Source: an uncultured Veillonellaceae bacterium (lineage in GTDB: Bacteria > Bacillota > Negativicutes > JARBTT01). Taken from it: DNA of 64,000 bases. How positions within the stretch are numbered: the first letter of the stretch is position 1; each line of letters begins with the position of its first letter. Below the pieces are notes generated by a model. The model was not told the origin of the DNA. It did no database searches and saw only the letters and a list, made by a program, of their open reading frames with translations. Shown here one piece after another: positions 1 to 9,597 of the stretch. A program made the position numbers and the translations under genes. The stretch spans positions 1,184,001-1,248,000 of the forward strand of contig CAWDTA010000002.1 in NCBI GenBank assembly GCA_963805085.1, written 5' to 3'.

Positions 1-130
1 TTAAGGAGGTAGAATAGTTCAAATATCAACAGTAATAACAAATAATTATTTCTTAATATCATTAAATTTTTTAATGCAAATAAAAGGAGTAGTTCATAGA
101 CGAAAAAAAGTAATCTATAATTAATTCAGC

Positions 131-177
131 ACAACTCCTGTTTATGGAATTATTTACATAAATGGGAGTTGTTTTTA
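131..177 (+). terminator. Intrinsic terminator, probably of the gene upstream of the window
   Basis: Stem ACAACTCCTGTTTATG / CATAAATGGGAGTTGT (G:U pairs) followed by a T-run. Confidence 0.6.
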
Positions 178-497
178 TGAGTGAGAAATAAGATCGATAA
201 ATACAAAAACAGATTCAGTTCGTTTAAGATTCCTTTTAGTACAGTAAATCTTGTTCGGCATACCAGAACTACGACGGTATTCTATTTTAATAATAAACAA
301 AATCAAATTTATTAGCTGATGCAATGATAGATTGTAAAGATCAGTATAATTTTTTAGGATATTTAAGAGCTAAACTTGGTGTAAATATAGGAAATTGTTA
401 ATTTATTGCCAGCATTAAATTTGCCCAAAATTCTGGTAGTCAAGATTTGTCGGAGACGAATTAAATTGTGTTAAACATGTCGATAAAGAACATTTCT

Positions 498-552
498 TTT
501 GTCAATAAAAGATATATCTTTTATTGACAAAGGGAATGTCTAGACGTATAAT
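498..552 (+). promoter_or_regulatory. SigmaA promoter of the PTS operon with overlapping palindromes and a GntR(HutC)-type operator
   Basis: TTGACA 524-529, 17-bp spacer, TATAAT 547-552; GTCTAGAC dyad 538-545 in the spacer; perfect 34-bp palindrome 498-531. Confidence 0.85.
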
Positions 553-608
553 CTTTATAGGAAGAAAAAAGTAACAAGATGAACTAATAGAAATCAGGAG
601 GCAGGAAG

Positions 609-908
609 ATGAATATTTATTTAGTTTGTAACGCGGGAATGTCGACGTCTATTTTAGTTAAAAAAATGCGAGATGCAGCGATAACTCACAATATCGATGT
701 GAATATTGAAGCTTTTTCAGTAGAAATATTGGATGAAAAAATAGGATCAGCTGATGTGGTCTTATTAGGACCACAGATTCGTCATATGTTAGCAGATGTG
801 AAGAAAATGGTAGGTGATCAATGTCCGGTAGACGTTATTGACATGCGTGATTATGGCATGATCAATGGAGAAAAAGTGCTAAGTAAAGCATTAAAATTAA
901 TTGGATAG
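609..908 (+). CDS. PTS lactose/cellobiose-family IIB subunit (GmuB/CelA-like)
   Basis: CNAGMSTS phosphorylation loop, LLGPQI motif; AGGAGG RBS. Confidence 0.93.
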   Translation: MNIYLVCNAGMSTSILVKKMRDAAITHNIDVNIEAFSVEILDEKIGSADVVLLGPQIRHMLADVKKMVGDQCPVDVIDMRDYGMINGEKVLSKALKLIG

Positions 909-922
909 GAGGAGAAAATTAA

Positions 923-2233
923 ATGGGTAATGCTGTTGTAAAACTTGAAAAGGTAATAATGCCAGTTGCAGGGGTGATTTCTAGTAATAAATATTTGCTA
1001 GCGATGCGGGATTCATTTTCAATTATCTTACCATTTATGATTGTTGGTTCAATTTTTGGGATTTTGAGTTGGGTTGTCCTTGATCCACAAGGTACTGTTA
1101 TGGGGGCGAATGGCTTAAATTTAGGTCCATCTATTACGGGCTTGAACAGTGAAGAGTACCTAATCTCTGACTTTGTTATGAAGTTGAAAAATTTGCAGAC
1201 TTTGTGTGGATTAGTTACGACAATTGGTTTTGATGTATTTTCACTTCTTTTAGTTTTGTCTTTTTCCTATCGTTTAGGTGGTATCTGGGGCGGTGAAAAA
1301 TTTATGACTGCAATAACTGGTGTTGCGGCATTTTTAATTGTTACACCACAAAAAATCGGTGATGCAGGCGGTTTTAGTACTGGTTATTTTGGTAGTAAAG
1401 GTGTTTTGACAGCTATTATTGTTGCGACAGTAGCTTCATGGATTTTTGTTAAGCTATCAAGCAATAAAAAACTTAAAATAGCAATGCCAGACAGTGTTCC
1501 CCCAGCTGTATCTCAGTCTTTTGCAGCACTTGTTCCAGTTGGCATAACTTTAGGCCTTTTTGCTGCTTTTGCGGCGATTTTAATTTGGTTTGATATACCT
1601 GCTCTTAATAATTTGATTTATTTGGCAATCCAAGCACCTCTTTTGGGGTTTTCTCAAGGGTTTGGATTTTCGGTCTTATATCAGTTTTTAGTTTGGTTTT
1701 TCTGGTGGTTTGGTATCCATGGACACAATGTTACAGCAGCAATTCAAAATTCAGTTTATATGCCTGCTCAGCTTGCCAATCAAGCAGGTGATGCTTCTTA
1801 TATTTTCAGTAACGGATTTTTTGAAGCTGGTTTAATGCATGTCATGGGGTTGGTTATTGCTATTTTTTTATTTTCAAAGAAAGACAGTTGGCGGGCAGTT
1901 GCTAAAATTGGTGCACCAGCTATGCTCTTCAATATTCAGGAACCACTCGCATTTGGTCTTCCAATCGTACTTAATCCAATTTTATTGATCCCGTACATTT
2001 TGGCGCCATTGGCTAATACTGTAATTGGCTGGTTGTTTATTTCAGGTGGGCTGGTTCCGATTTTTCGCTTTGTGGTTCCTTGGACTATGCCAATGTTTTT
2101 TTGCGGTATGATTGGTACAGGTTCTCTAGCTGGGGGGCTATTGCAATTGGTATGGCTTGTAGTAGATATCTTAATTTATTCACCATTTGTTATAGCATCA
2201 AATAGGATTAAAGATATTGTCGAAGAAGAATAA
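923..2233 (+). CDS. PTS lactose/cellobiose-family IIC permease (GmuC/CelB-like)
   Basis: Multi-TM protein; MPDSVPPAV, FGIHG, FNIQEP..FGLPIVLNP and VPWTMP motifs. Confidence 0.93.
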   Translation: MGNAVVKLEKVIMPVAGVISSNKYLLAMRDSFSIILPFMIVGSIFGILSWVVLDPQGTVMGANGLNLGPSITGLNSEEYLISDFVMKLKNLQTLCGLVTTIGFDVFSLLLVLSFSYRLGGIWGGEKFMTAITGVAAFLIVTPQKIGDAGGFSTGYFGSKGVLTAIIVATVASWIFVKLSSNKKLKIAMPDSVPPAVSQSFAALVPVGITLGLFAAFAAILIWFDIPALNNLIYLAIQAPLLGFSQGFGFSVLYQFLVWFFWWFGIHGHNVTAAIQNSVYMPAQLANQAGDASYIFSNGFFEAGLMHVMGLVIAIFLFSKKDSWRAVAKIGAPAMLFNIQEPLAFGLPIVLNPILLIPYILAPLANTVIGWLFISGGLVPIFRFVVPWTMPMFFCGMIGTGSLAGGLLQLVWLVVDILIYSPFVIASNRIKDIVEEE

Positions 2234-2336
2234 ATAACCTCGCATAAAAGTTAAAATAATTAGCAGTGCAGCCCCTTGTGCGGTTGGGAAGCATTTCACC
2301 CTAAGTATATTATTTATGAATTTGGAGGAAAATTTG

Positions 2337-2654
2337 ATGGATGAAAAAATAGTAGAACAGTCCATGCAATTGATTTTATACGCTGGTGCAGGACGTTCCA
2401 TGGTTGTAGAAGCAGTACAGAATCTATTAGAAGACAATGATGTTGTAAAAGCGAGAGAAGCTATCGCTGTGGCTGGAAAAGAAATAGGTAAAGCACATGA
2501 GATTCAAACTGCACTTATGGCAGAGGAATGTGATGGGAAATCGGTAGAAAAATCAATTCTCTTAATTCATGCACAAGATCATTTCATGAGTGCTTTGACT
2601 GTTCGGGATATGGGGTTACTTATGACAAGAATGTATGAAAAATTGAAGAAATAA
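2337..2654 (+). CDS. PTS lactose/cellobiose-family IIA subunit (GmuA/CelC-like)
   Basis: AHEIQT and LLIHAQDHFM motifs; GGAGG RBS before ATG 2337. Confidence 0.93.
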   Translation: MDEKIVEQSMQLILYAGAGRSMVVEAVQNLLEDNDVVKAREAIAVAGKEIGKAHEIQTALMAEECDGKSVEKSILLIHAQDHFMSALTVRDMGLLMTRMYEKLKK

Positions 2655-2695
2655 AGAGTATATTTATAATATAGATTGCTAAAGGACTGGATGTT

Positions 2696-3379
2696 ATGCG
2701 TGAAGAGATGATTTATAATCCGAATTATTATCAACTGCGTGGTTATATGATTGAAACAATGGAAAAGATTATTGCTGTAAATCAAAAATCGAAATCGCAT
2801 GGGGTTTTGTTTTTTGGTGATTCGATTATAGAATGGTATGATATTGAAAACTATTTCCCGGAAATAAGAATAAAATATAATTCGGGAATTTGCGGTGCGA
2901 CCTCTGAATCCTTACGCTGGATTTGTGATGAAGCTGTGATCAAGTATAAACCCCAGGTTATAGTGTTAATGGTGGGAACGAATGATTTTGGCAATACAAA
3001 TATGAGAAGTCCCAGAGAGATTGTCCAGAATGTGCAAATTTTGCTTGATTTAATTCAAGGAAATTTGCCCAATGCCCATATTTTGTTACTAGAAACACTA
3101 CCCTGTGATGAAAATTTCCAGGGGAGCTTTGTGGGAAAAAAGATGCGATCTAATAAAATGATTGCTTTATTAAATGAGGAATATAAAAATATGGAGCAGC
3201 TTTTTCCTAACTTAGTTTTGGTTCCAACTTTTGAATTTTTCTTGGATAAACACCAAAATTCAATCATTCCTAAATATACAACAGATGGATTGCATTTGAG
3301 TGAGGCTGGATATGTTAGATTAACTCAAATCATTAAGCCTGTTTTAATCCAATATATAACCGATTTTAATTTAAACTAG
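2696..3379 (+). CDS. SGNH/GDSL-family hydrolase, probable carbohydrate O-acetylesterase
   Basis: GDSI, GTND and DGLH blocks; no signal peptide; lies within the sugar operon. Confidence 0.85.
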   Translation: MREEMIYNPNYYQLRGYMIETMEKIIAVNQKSKSHGVLFFGDSIIEWYDIENYFPEIRIKYNSGICGATSESLRWICDEAVIKYKPQVIVLMVGTNDFGNTNMRSPREIVQNVQILLDLIQGNLPNAHILLLETLPCDENFQGSFVGKKMRSNKMIALLNEEYKNMEQLFPNLVLVPTFEFFLDKHQNSIIPKYTTDGLHLSEAGYVRLTQIIKPVLIQYITDFNLN

Positions 3380-3428
3380 ATAAGCTACATCATCCTGTAT
3401 TAAATATCAATAGGTAAAAGAAATAGAG

Positions 3429-4838
3429 GTGGCAGTTTTGAGTATAAAATATAAATTCCCAGAAAAATTTTGGTGGGGGGCAGCGACCTCGGGTCCACAG
3501 ACAGAAGGTCGCTTTAATAAAAAACATGCAAATATTTTTGATCATTGGTTTGATATTGAAAAAGATACATTTTTTAATGGCATTGGACCAAATGTTGCGT
3601 CCAATTTTTACAATAGTTATAAAGAAGATATAAAATTAATGGCGGATATTGGGCTGGATTCATTGCGGACATCTATTCAATGGACGCGGTTGATTAGAAA
3701 TTTTGAAACTGCCGAAGTTAATGAAGAAGCTGTTGATTTCTACAATCGTGTAATTGATGAATTTCTTAAAAACCAAATTACGCCTGTAATCAATTTACAT
3801 CATTTTGATTTACCAGTTGAATTATATGATAAATATGGTGGTTGGGAATCAAAACATGTGATCGAATTATTTGTCTTATTTGCTGAAAGGTGTTTTGAGC
3901 TTCTTGGCGATAGAGTAAAAAATTGGATTACATTTAATGAGCCAATGGTCATTGTCGAAGGTCAATATCTGTATAAATTTCACTATCCAAATCTTGTGGA
4001 TGGAAAAAAAGCCGTCCAAGTTTTATACAATTTGAATTTAGCTTCAGCCAAAGTGATTGCTGCATTTAAACAATCAAAATGCGCAAAGCAAGGCGGTGAA
4101 ATTGGTATTGTATTGAATTTAACACCTGCTTATCCCCGCTCACAAGCTGACGAAGATGTGAAAGCAGCGGCGTTTGTTGAAGATTTTTTCAATAAGTCTT
4201 TTCTGGATCCGGCGGTAAAAGGTGAATTTACCCCATCGTTAGTTCAAACATTACGAGAAGATGATGTATTATGGGAATCTACGCCGGAAGAGTTGATGAT
4301 TATCAAAAACAATACAATTGATTTTTTAGGTGTTAATTATTATCAGCCGCGTCGGGCTAAAAGCAAAGAAGTTGTTTGGGATATAGAAAAAGGCTGGATG
4401 CCTAACAAATATTTTGATGATTACGAGATGCCGGGACGCCGAATGAATCCTTATCGTGGTTGGGAAATATATCCTCAAGCGATGTATGATATTGCAATCA
4501 ATATTCGTGATTATTATAATAATATTCGTTGGTATGTGTCGGAAAATGGCATGGGCGTTGAGGGAGAAGAAAATTATCGCAACGCAGACGGTTTAATCGA
4601 AGATATATATCGCATTGATTTTTATGAAGAACACTTAACCTATTTGCATAAAGCAATTCAGGAAGGAGCAAATTGCTTCGGCTTTCATGCTTGGACACCG
4701 ATTGACTGCTGGTCATGGTCGAATGCTTACAAAAATCGTTATGGCTATATAGCAGTTGACTTAGCAACTCAAATCAAAACAATAAAAAAATCGGGCTATT
4801 GGTTTAAAAATGTAGCAAAGAATAACGGATTTTCATAA
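3429..4838 (+). CDS. Glycoside hydrolase family 1, 6-phospho-beta-glucosidase (GmuD-like)
   Basis: FPEKFWWG, TFNEP (acid/base), SENG (nucleophile), DCWSW..YKNRYG; alternative TTG start at 3438. Confidence 0.93.
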   Translation: MAVLSIKYKFPEKFWWGAATSGPQTEGRFNKKHANIFDHWFDIEKDTFFNGIGPNVASNFYNSYKEDIKLMADIGLDSLRTSIQWTRLIRNFETAEVNEEAVDFYNRVIDEFLKNQITPVINLHHFDLPVELYDKYGGWESKHVIELFVLFAERCFELLGDRVKNWITFNEPMVIVEGQYLYKFHYPNLVDGKKAVQVLYNLNLASAKVIAAFKQSKCAKQGGEIGIVLNLTPAYPRSQADEDVKAAAFVEDFFNKSFLDPAVKGEFTPSLVQTLREDDVLWESTPEELMIIKNNTIDFLGVNYYQPRRAKSKEVVWDIEKGWMPNKYFDDYEMPGRRMNPYRGWEIYPQAMYDIAINIRDYYNNIRWYVSENGMGVEGEENYRNADGLIEDIYRIDFYEEHLTYLHKAIQEGANCFGFHAWTPIDCWSWSNAYKNRYGYIAVDLATQIKTIKKSGYWFKNVAKNNGFS

Positions 4839-4850
4839 AATAATAAGAAG

Positions 4851-4932
4851 CAAGGGTGTTCCTAGATGTATTTTATTAGCGATGTTTGATCAAGCATCGC
4901 TAGAAAATGTATGTGGGACATCCTTGTTTTTT
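4851..4932 (+). terminator. Long hairpin terminator after GH1
   Basis: CAAGGGTGTTCC...GGGACATCCTTG outer stem, TAGCGATGTTTGA/TCAAGCATCGCTA inner stem, then a T-run. Confidence 0.7.
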
Positions 4933-5036
4933 ATATTCTATAAGATATGTTTTTTACAAGATAAGGTCAGTTCTAATTTTAAGTTAGGATAAAAAGTGAT
5001 ATAATAAAAATATCTATGAACAAAGGAGAAAGTCCG

Positions 5037-5750
5037 ATGATAAAATATCAAGAGATTGCTGGGGATATAAGAAAAAACATTTTAGCAGGAAAATATTTGT
5101 CGGGAGAACAACTGCCCCTTGAAAAAGAGATGTGTAAACAGTATGATGTAAGCCGTATTACAATCAAAAAAGCAGTGGATGAGCTGGTGAAGTTAGGTTT
5201 TATTATTAAACGGCGCGGATCAGGTACCTTTGTTAAGTCGATTGATGATGAAGAGGCAAAAGATCTCAGTATGGCTAGACAATTTACAGGATTTACTGAA
5301 ACCAATAAAGGCAAAGAAATTCGGACTGAAATTGTTAAGTTTGATGTTGTACATCCTGATAATGAAATTGCTGCAAAATTGCAAATTGCTACGGATGATT
5401 TTGTATATGATATTATTCGGGTTCGTTTTGCCGATGAGATACCAATTGTTATCGAATATACCAAAATGCCGATTAATTTGATTCCTGGGATCAAACATGA
5501 TGTTTTGTTAAAATCCATTTATTTTTATATTCAGTGTCAATTGAAGCTCAAAATTCAATCGGCACATCGTTCGATTCGAGCAATTTTGCCTAATGAACTT
5601 GAGCAGCAGCATTTAAAGATTGCGGGGACATTCCCTTTATTAGAAGTAGAACAGATTGCTTTTTTAGATGATGGGCGGGCTTTTGAATATTCAATCTCGC
5701 ATCATCGCAGTGATCAAATTGTTTTTAAGACAGTGAGTATCCGGCAGTAA
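5037..5750 (+). CDS. GntR family (HutC/UTRA) transcriptional regulator, GmuR-like
   Basis: LPLEKEM..YDVSRITIKKA..RRGSGTFV HTH plus C-terminal UTRA; AAGGAG RBS. Confidence 0.92.
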   Translation: MIKYQEIAGDIRKNILAGKYLSGEQLPLEKEMCKQYDVSRITIKKAVDELVKLGFIIKRRGSGTFVKSIDDEEAKDLSMARQFTGFTETNKGKEIRTEIVKFDVVHPDNEIAAKLQIATDDFVYDIIRVRFADEIPIVIEYTKMPINLIPGIKHDVLLKSIYFYIQCQLKLKIQSAHRSIRAILPNELEQQHLKIAGTFPLLEVEQIAFLDDGRAFEYSISHHRSDQIVFKTVSIRQ

Positions 5751-5849
5751 ATTTTACGATAGTGAATTCTTTAAGGAGTATAGTATTTTTATTATAATAC
5801 AGTAAATATGAAAGAAAATACATAATGTAGTAAAAGGAGTAATGTAATC

Positions 5850-6815
5850 ATGTTATATCCATTAAAACTCACGGCACCACTCAAAGATTATATTTGGGGA
5901 GGTACTGCTTTAAAAACAAAATACAATAAGAAATCAAATCTTGAAAAAGTTGCGGAAAGCTGGGAACTTTCTTGCCATAAAGATGGACAGAGCCTGATTG
6001 CAAATGGTGTAGCTTCCGGTATGACATTAGCCAGCTATATTGAGCAGCAAGGTAAAAAAATTTTAGGAAGTAATGCGGATCGGTTTACTTATTTCCCACT
6101 TCTTATTAAATTAATTGATGCGAAAGATAATTTATCAGTGCAAGTGCATCCAGAAAATGAATATGCACTTCGCGTTGAAGGTGAATATGGCAAGACTGAA
6201 ATGTGGTATATTGTTGATTGTGAACCAGGTGCCGAGCTTTTATATGGTTTCAAAAATGAAATATCAAAAGCAGAGTTTCAGCAGCGTATTGAGGATAATA
6301 CGTTATTAGAAGTGTGCAATAATGTACCTGTTAAAAAAGGTGATGTATTTTTTATCGATGCTGGTACTTTACATGCCATCGGGAAAGGTATTTTAGTTGC
6401 TGAAATACAACAAAATTCGAATACAACCTACCGCATCTATGATTATGGACGTTTGGGTAATGGGGGCAAACCACGTGATTTACATGTACAAAAAGCACTT
6501 GATGTAACTAAATTGAGCCGTCCAATGAAACCGACAACCCCTGAAGCTGAAATGCATTTTTTTGCTGATTATGATATGAAACTATTAGCTCAGTGTGAAT
6601 ATTTTACGGTCTATCATTTTGACCTTATCAAAACATGCAATTTAAAAGCTGATAAGGATACGTTTCATTCCATCCTCGTATTGGAAGGTGGCTTGACACT
6701 TTGTTATGAAGAAGGAAAAATGGTCTTGAATAAAGGTGAAAGTGTATTTATTCCTGCTGGGTTAGGTGAATATAGTTTACAGGGTAAGGGCGAATTTATT
6801 TTAAGTATGGTATGA
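5850..6815 (+). CDS. manA: Mannose-6-phosphate isomerase, class I
   Basis: IWGG, LSVQVHP, GKTEMW, GTLHAIG, EIQQNS.TTYRIYDY. Confidence 0.94.
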   Translation: MLYPLKLTAPLKDYIWGGTALKTKYNKKSNLEKVAESWELSCHKDGQSLIANGVASGMTLASYIEQQGKKILGSNADRFTYFPLLIKLIDAKDNLSVQVHPENEYALRVEGEYGKTEMWYIVDCEPGAELLYGFKNEISKAEFQQRIEDNTLLEVCNNVPVKKGDVFFIDAGTLHAIGKGILVAEIQQNSNTTYRIYDYGRLGNGGKPRDLHVQKALDVTKLSRPMKPTTPEAEMHFFADYDMKLLAQCEYFTVYHFDLIKTCNLKADKDTFHSILVLEGGLTLCYEEGKMVLNKGESVFIPAGLGEYSLQGKGEFILSMV

Positions 6816-6898
6816 TTACTTAATCGTACCTCGTACAATTAAGCATCGAGTAATAGAGCATTTGTAGTATTAAAGACTTGTTATATTAGTGCTACTAT

Positions 6899-6935
6899 CA
6901 GCCGTGTACCGATTTGGTACACGGCTGTCTTGTTT
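6899..6935 (+). terminator. Intrinsic terminator after manA
   Basis: Perfect 12-bp stem CAGCCGTGTACC/GGTACACGGCTG with a T-rich tail. Confidence 0.75.
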
Positions 6936-7271
6936 ATTGTATAAAGCTTACCGGCTGTTGGTGGCTATGAGTAGTGGGCTGATAATGAAATTTAAAGCTA
7001 TGCCTGCTCAGTGTAAATAAACTACGTTAGCAACTGGTTTATAGCAGTAAATACAGAATATATTTTAGTACTTTGCTGCTGCAATATTGAGAGAGTGGTG
7101 TAGTAATTAGAAAAACGTATTGACTCAATTACTATCTTCAATTTCCTTTCTGATGAAAGAAAAAGTATCATAGATAAAGACAAAACAATTGAATTAGGCA
7201 GTTCGAATTTGTCAGGCGTGAGATAATGTCTTACAATTGAAGTAAGTAAAATTGTGGGATGTGTTAAGTAT

Positions 7272-8165
7272 ATGGAGTTACGATTATTAGAAACTTTTCT
7301 TTTAGTTGCAAAGATGGAAAATATCACGCAAGCTGCGGAACAATTAAATTTTAGTCAGCCGACAGTAACAGCTCAAATTAGAACGCTCGAAGAGCATTTT
7401 GGCGTTTTACTGTTTGAACGAGTGGGGAAAAAATTATATATAACAGAAGCAGGGCAACGTTTGATTGGTTATGCAGAAAAATTACTGCTAATCCAAGGGG
7501 AAGCACAAGCGGCCCTGCAAGAGTTTTCGTATGATAAAGTGATTAAGGTAGGTCTTGGCACAGCAGTTGCGGCGCATACACTTTCGCCTGTTTTACAGGA
7601 ATTTCAAAAACAATTTTCTAATGTATCGGTAAGTATTGAGCATTGTTTTGACATTCCGATTACGGTGAAAGGAATCTTAGATAATAGTTTTGATTTTGCA
7701 ATTATCCACGATGAAATTTCCAATAATAGAATTATGCAATTTGACATTGTAGCTCAAAAGCTGATGTGGGTTGCTCATCCTTGTCTTGTTGAGAAGTATG
7801 GAAGTGATGTTTGGCAGCAGCCGTTTATTGCTTTGAAACAGGGGAAAATCTATCGGAAGAAATATGATAAACTGCTAAAGGAAAAGGCAATAAGACCTGT
7901 TTTGGAGTATAGTGATTCGGAAGCAATTCGCCAAGCAGTACTCAGTGGCTTGGGCGTTGGAGTATTGCCAGAGGTGTTAGTGAAAAATGATTTGGCGGAG
8001 GGGACGCTGATTACATTTAATAACGCACCTAAGTTGACGATCAATTTCTCAGTCATTTTTCATCGAGAAAAAACATTTACGATCCCGATCCGTACTTTGT
8101 TAGAAATGCTTGCGAAACAGGCAAATGTAAATAGTGGATTATTAGAGTATATAAGGAATATTTAG
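7272..8165 (+). CDS. LysR family transcriptional regulator
   Basis: MELRLLETF..NITQAAEQLNFSQPTVT HTH; substrate-binding domain. Confidence 0.93.
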   Translation: MELRLLETFLLVAKMENITQAAEQLNFSQPTVTAQIRTLEEHFGVLLFERVGKKLYITEAGQRLIGYAEKLLLIQGEAQAALQEFSYDKVIKVGLGTAVAAHTLSPVLQEFQKQFSNVSVSIEHCFDIPITVKGILDNSFDFAIIHDEISNNRIMQFDIVAQKLMWVAHPCLVEKYGSDVWQQPFIALKQGKIYRKKYDKLLKEKAIRPVLEYSDSEAIRQAVLSGLGVGVLPEVLVKNDLAEGTLITFNNAPKLTINFSVIFHREKTFTIPIRTLLEMLAKQANVNSGLLEYIRNI

Positions 8166-8181
8166 AAAAGTAGGGGATAAA

Positions 8182-9384
8182 ATGGCTGAAATCTATGCTG
8201 GTGAGCAGAGTAAAACACATAAAAAAGCCTTGCTGACAGGGAGTTTAGCACATTTTATCCAGGATGGATTTACGGATATGCTGTATATTTTTTTCCCCGT
8301 TTGGCAGGCACAATTTTTATTCACCTTTACCGAAATCGGTTTATTGAAAACACTTTTTTCTGGTACTATGGCAGGTTTTCAAGTGCCAGCAAGTTCGCTT
8401 GCACGCCGAACTGGGGCATTTAAATTATTGTTACTTGGGATCATTCTTACAAGTACGGCTGTTTTTTTCTTGGGATATGCACGAGCGCCAATCGTATTAG
8501 GCTGCTTTCTCGTAATTGGCGGATTAGGTGCTAGTGTGCAGCATCCGATATCTTCTTCGCTCATATCTAATGCTTACCTAGAGATCAATGCACGCAGAAC
8601 CGCCTTGAGTACTTTTAATGTAGCTGGTGATATTGGTAAACTAGTTTTGCCGGGGACAGCCGCATATTTGATGATGCAGTATAGCTGGATGACAGTAAGC
8701 CATATACTAGGTGTTTTTGGTATGGGGATAGCCGTCATTATTTTTCTAAATCACCGAGATGCTAAGCAAGCAGATAAAATTGCTGAAGCTAAGCCGGCAC
8801 AAAAAGCAGTGGGATGTTTTAAATGGAAGGGCTACGAAGCTTTCTGGTCTTTATCAATAATCGGGATCATTGATAGTGCAACACGGATGGGATTTTTAAC
8901 GTTTCTACCGTTTTTATTACAGGGAAAAGGTGCAGGGCTGACCACTATAGGTTTGGTGCTTTCACTCATCTTTGCTGGAGGAGCTGCTGGTAAATTTGTT
9001 TGTGGGATACTAGCGATAAAATTTGGAATATTACGGTCAGTGATTGCTACCGAGCTGATGACAACCATATGCATTTTGGCCATGATTATTTTTCCGCTAA
9101 ACACTGCGGTATTATTTTCCCCTTTGATCGGTATCGTGTTAAATGGTACTTCGTCAGTACTTTATGGAAGTGTCCCTGAATTGGTATCAGAAGAACGGCG
9201 TCAACAAGCTTTTGCAATTTTTTATACCTTAACTATTGGTTCAGGGGCAATATCTCCTTCTATTTATGGAGTGGTAAGTGATATCGTTGGGATACAAACC
9301 GCTGTAATCATCGTTGCGTTAGTCGTACTTCTTACGATTCCTTTAACAGTGCCACTAAGAAAGAAACTTATAGCAAAAAGCTAG
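8182..9384 (+). CDS. MFS transporter
   Basis: About 12 hydrophobic segments; Fsr-like GASVQHP and GDIG motifs. Confidence 0.88.
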   Translation: MAEIYAGEQSKTHKKALLTGSLAHFIQDGFTDMLYIFFPVWQAQFLFTFTEIGLLKTLFSGTMAGFQVPASSLARRTGAFKLLLLGIILTSTAVFFLGYARAPIVLGCFLVIGGLGASVQHPISSSLISNAYLEINARRTALSTFNVAGDIGKLVLPGTAAYLMMQYSWMTVSHILGVFGMGIAVIIFLNHRDAKQADKIAEAKPAQKAVGCFKWKGYEAFWSLSIIGIIDSATRMGFLTFLPFLLQGKGAGLTTIGLVLSLIFAGGAAGKFVCGILAIKFGILRSVIATELMTTICILAMIIFPLNTAVLFSPLIGIVLNGTSSVLYGSVPELVSEERRQQAFAIFYTLTIGSGAISPSIYGVVSDIVGIQTAVIIVALVVLLTIPLTVPLRKKLIAKS

Positions 9385-9597
9385 CTTGGATAGTGTCATT
9401 GCTAGCTATTGCACAAGAAAAAGACTTTCGAAATCTTCGGAAGTCTTGATTTGTTTATGAACTGAAAATAAGGCTCGTTCCTCAGGAATTGATGATTACG
9501 AATTGGGGTAACTTTAAAGTAAGCCAAGAATATCTTAATGCTTTTAAAGTTGCTACAGTTGCAATTGAGCGAAGTTGTAAAAAATATCGCTGCAATT

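Noticed and set aside
180-470. Possible gene remnant or sRNA in the leading intergenic region
   Set aside because: Only short frames (for example MIDCKDQYNFLGYL...) with no RBS and no recognisable homology
6936-7327. ORF 7022-7327(-) and coding-looking intergenic sequence
   Set aside because: Overlaps the LysR start antisense, no RBS, no motif
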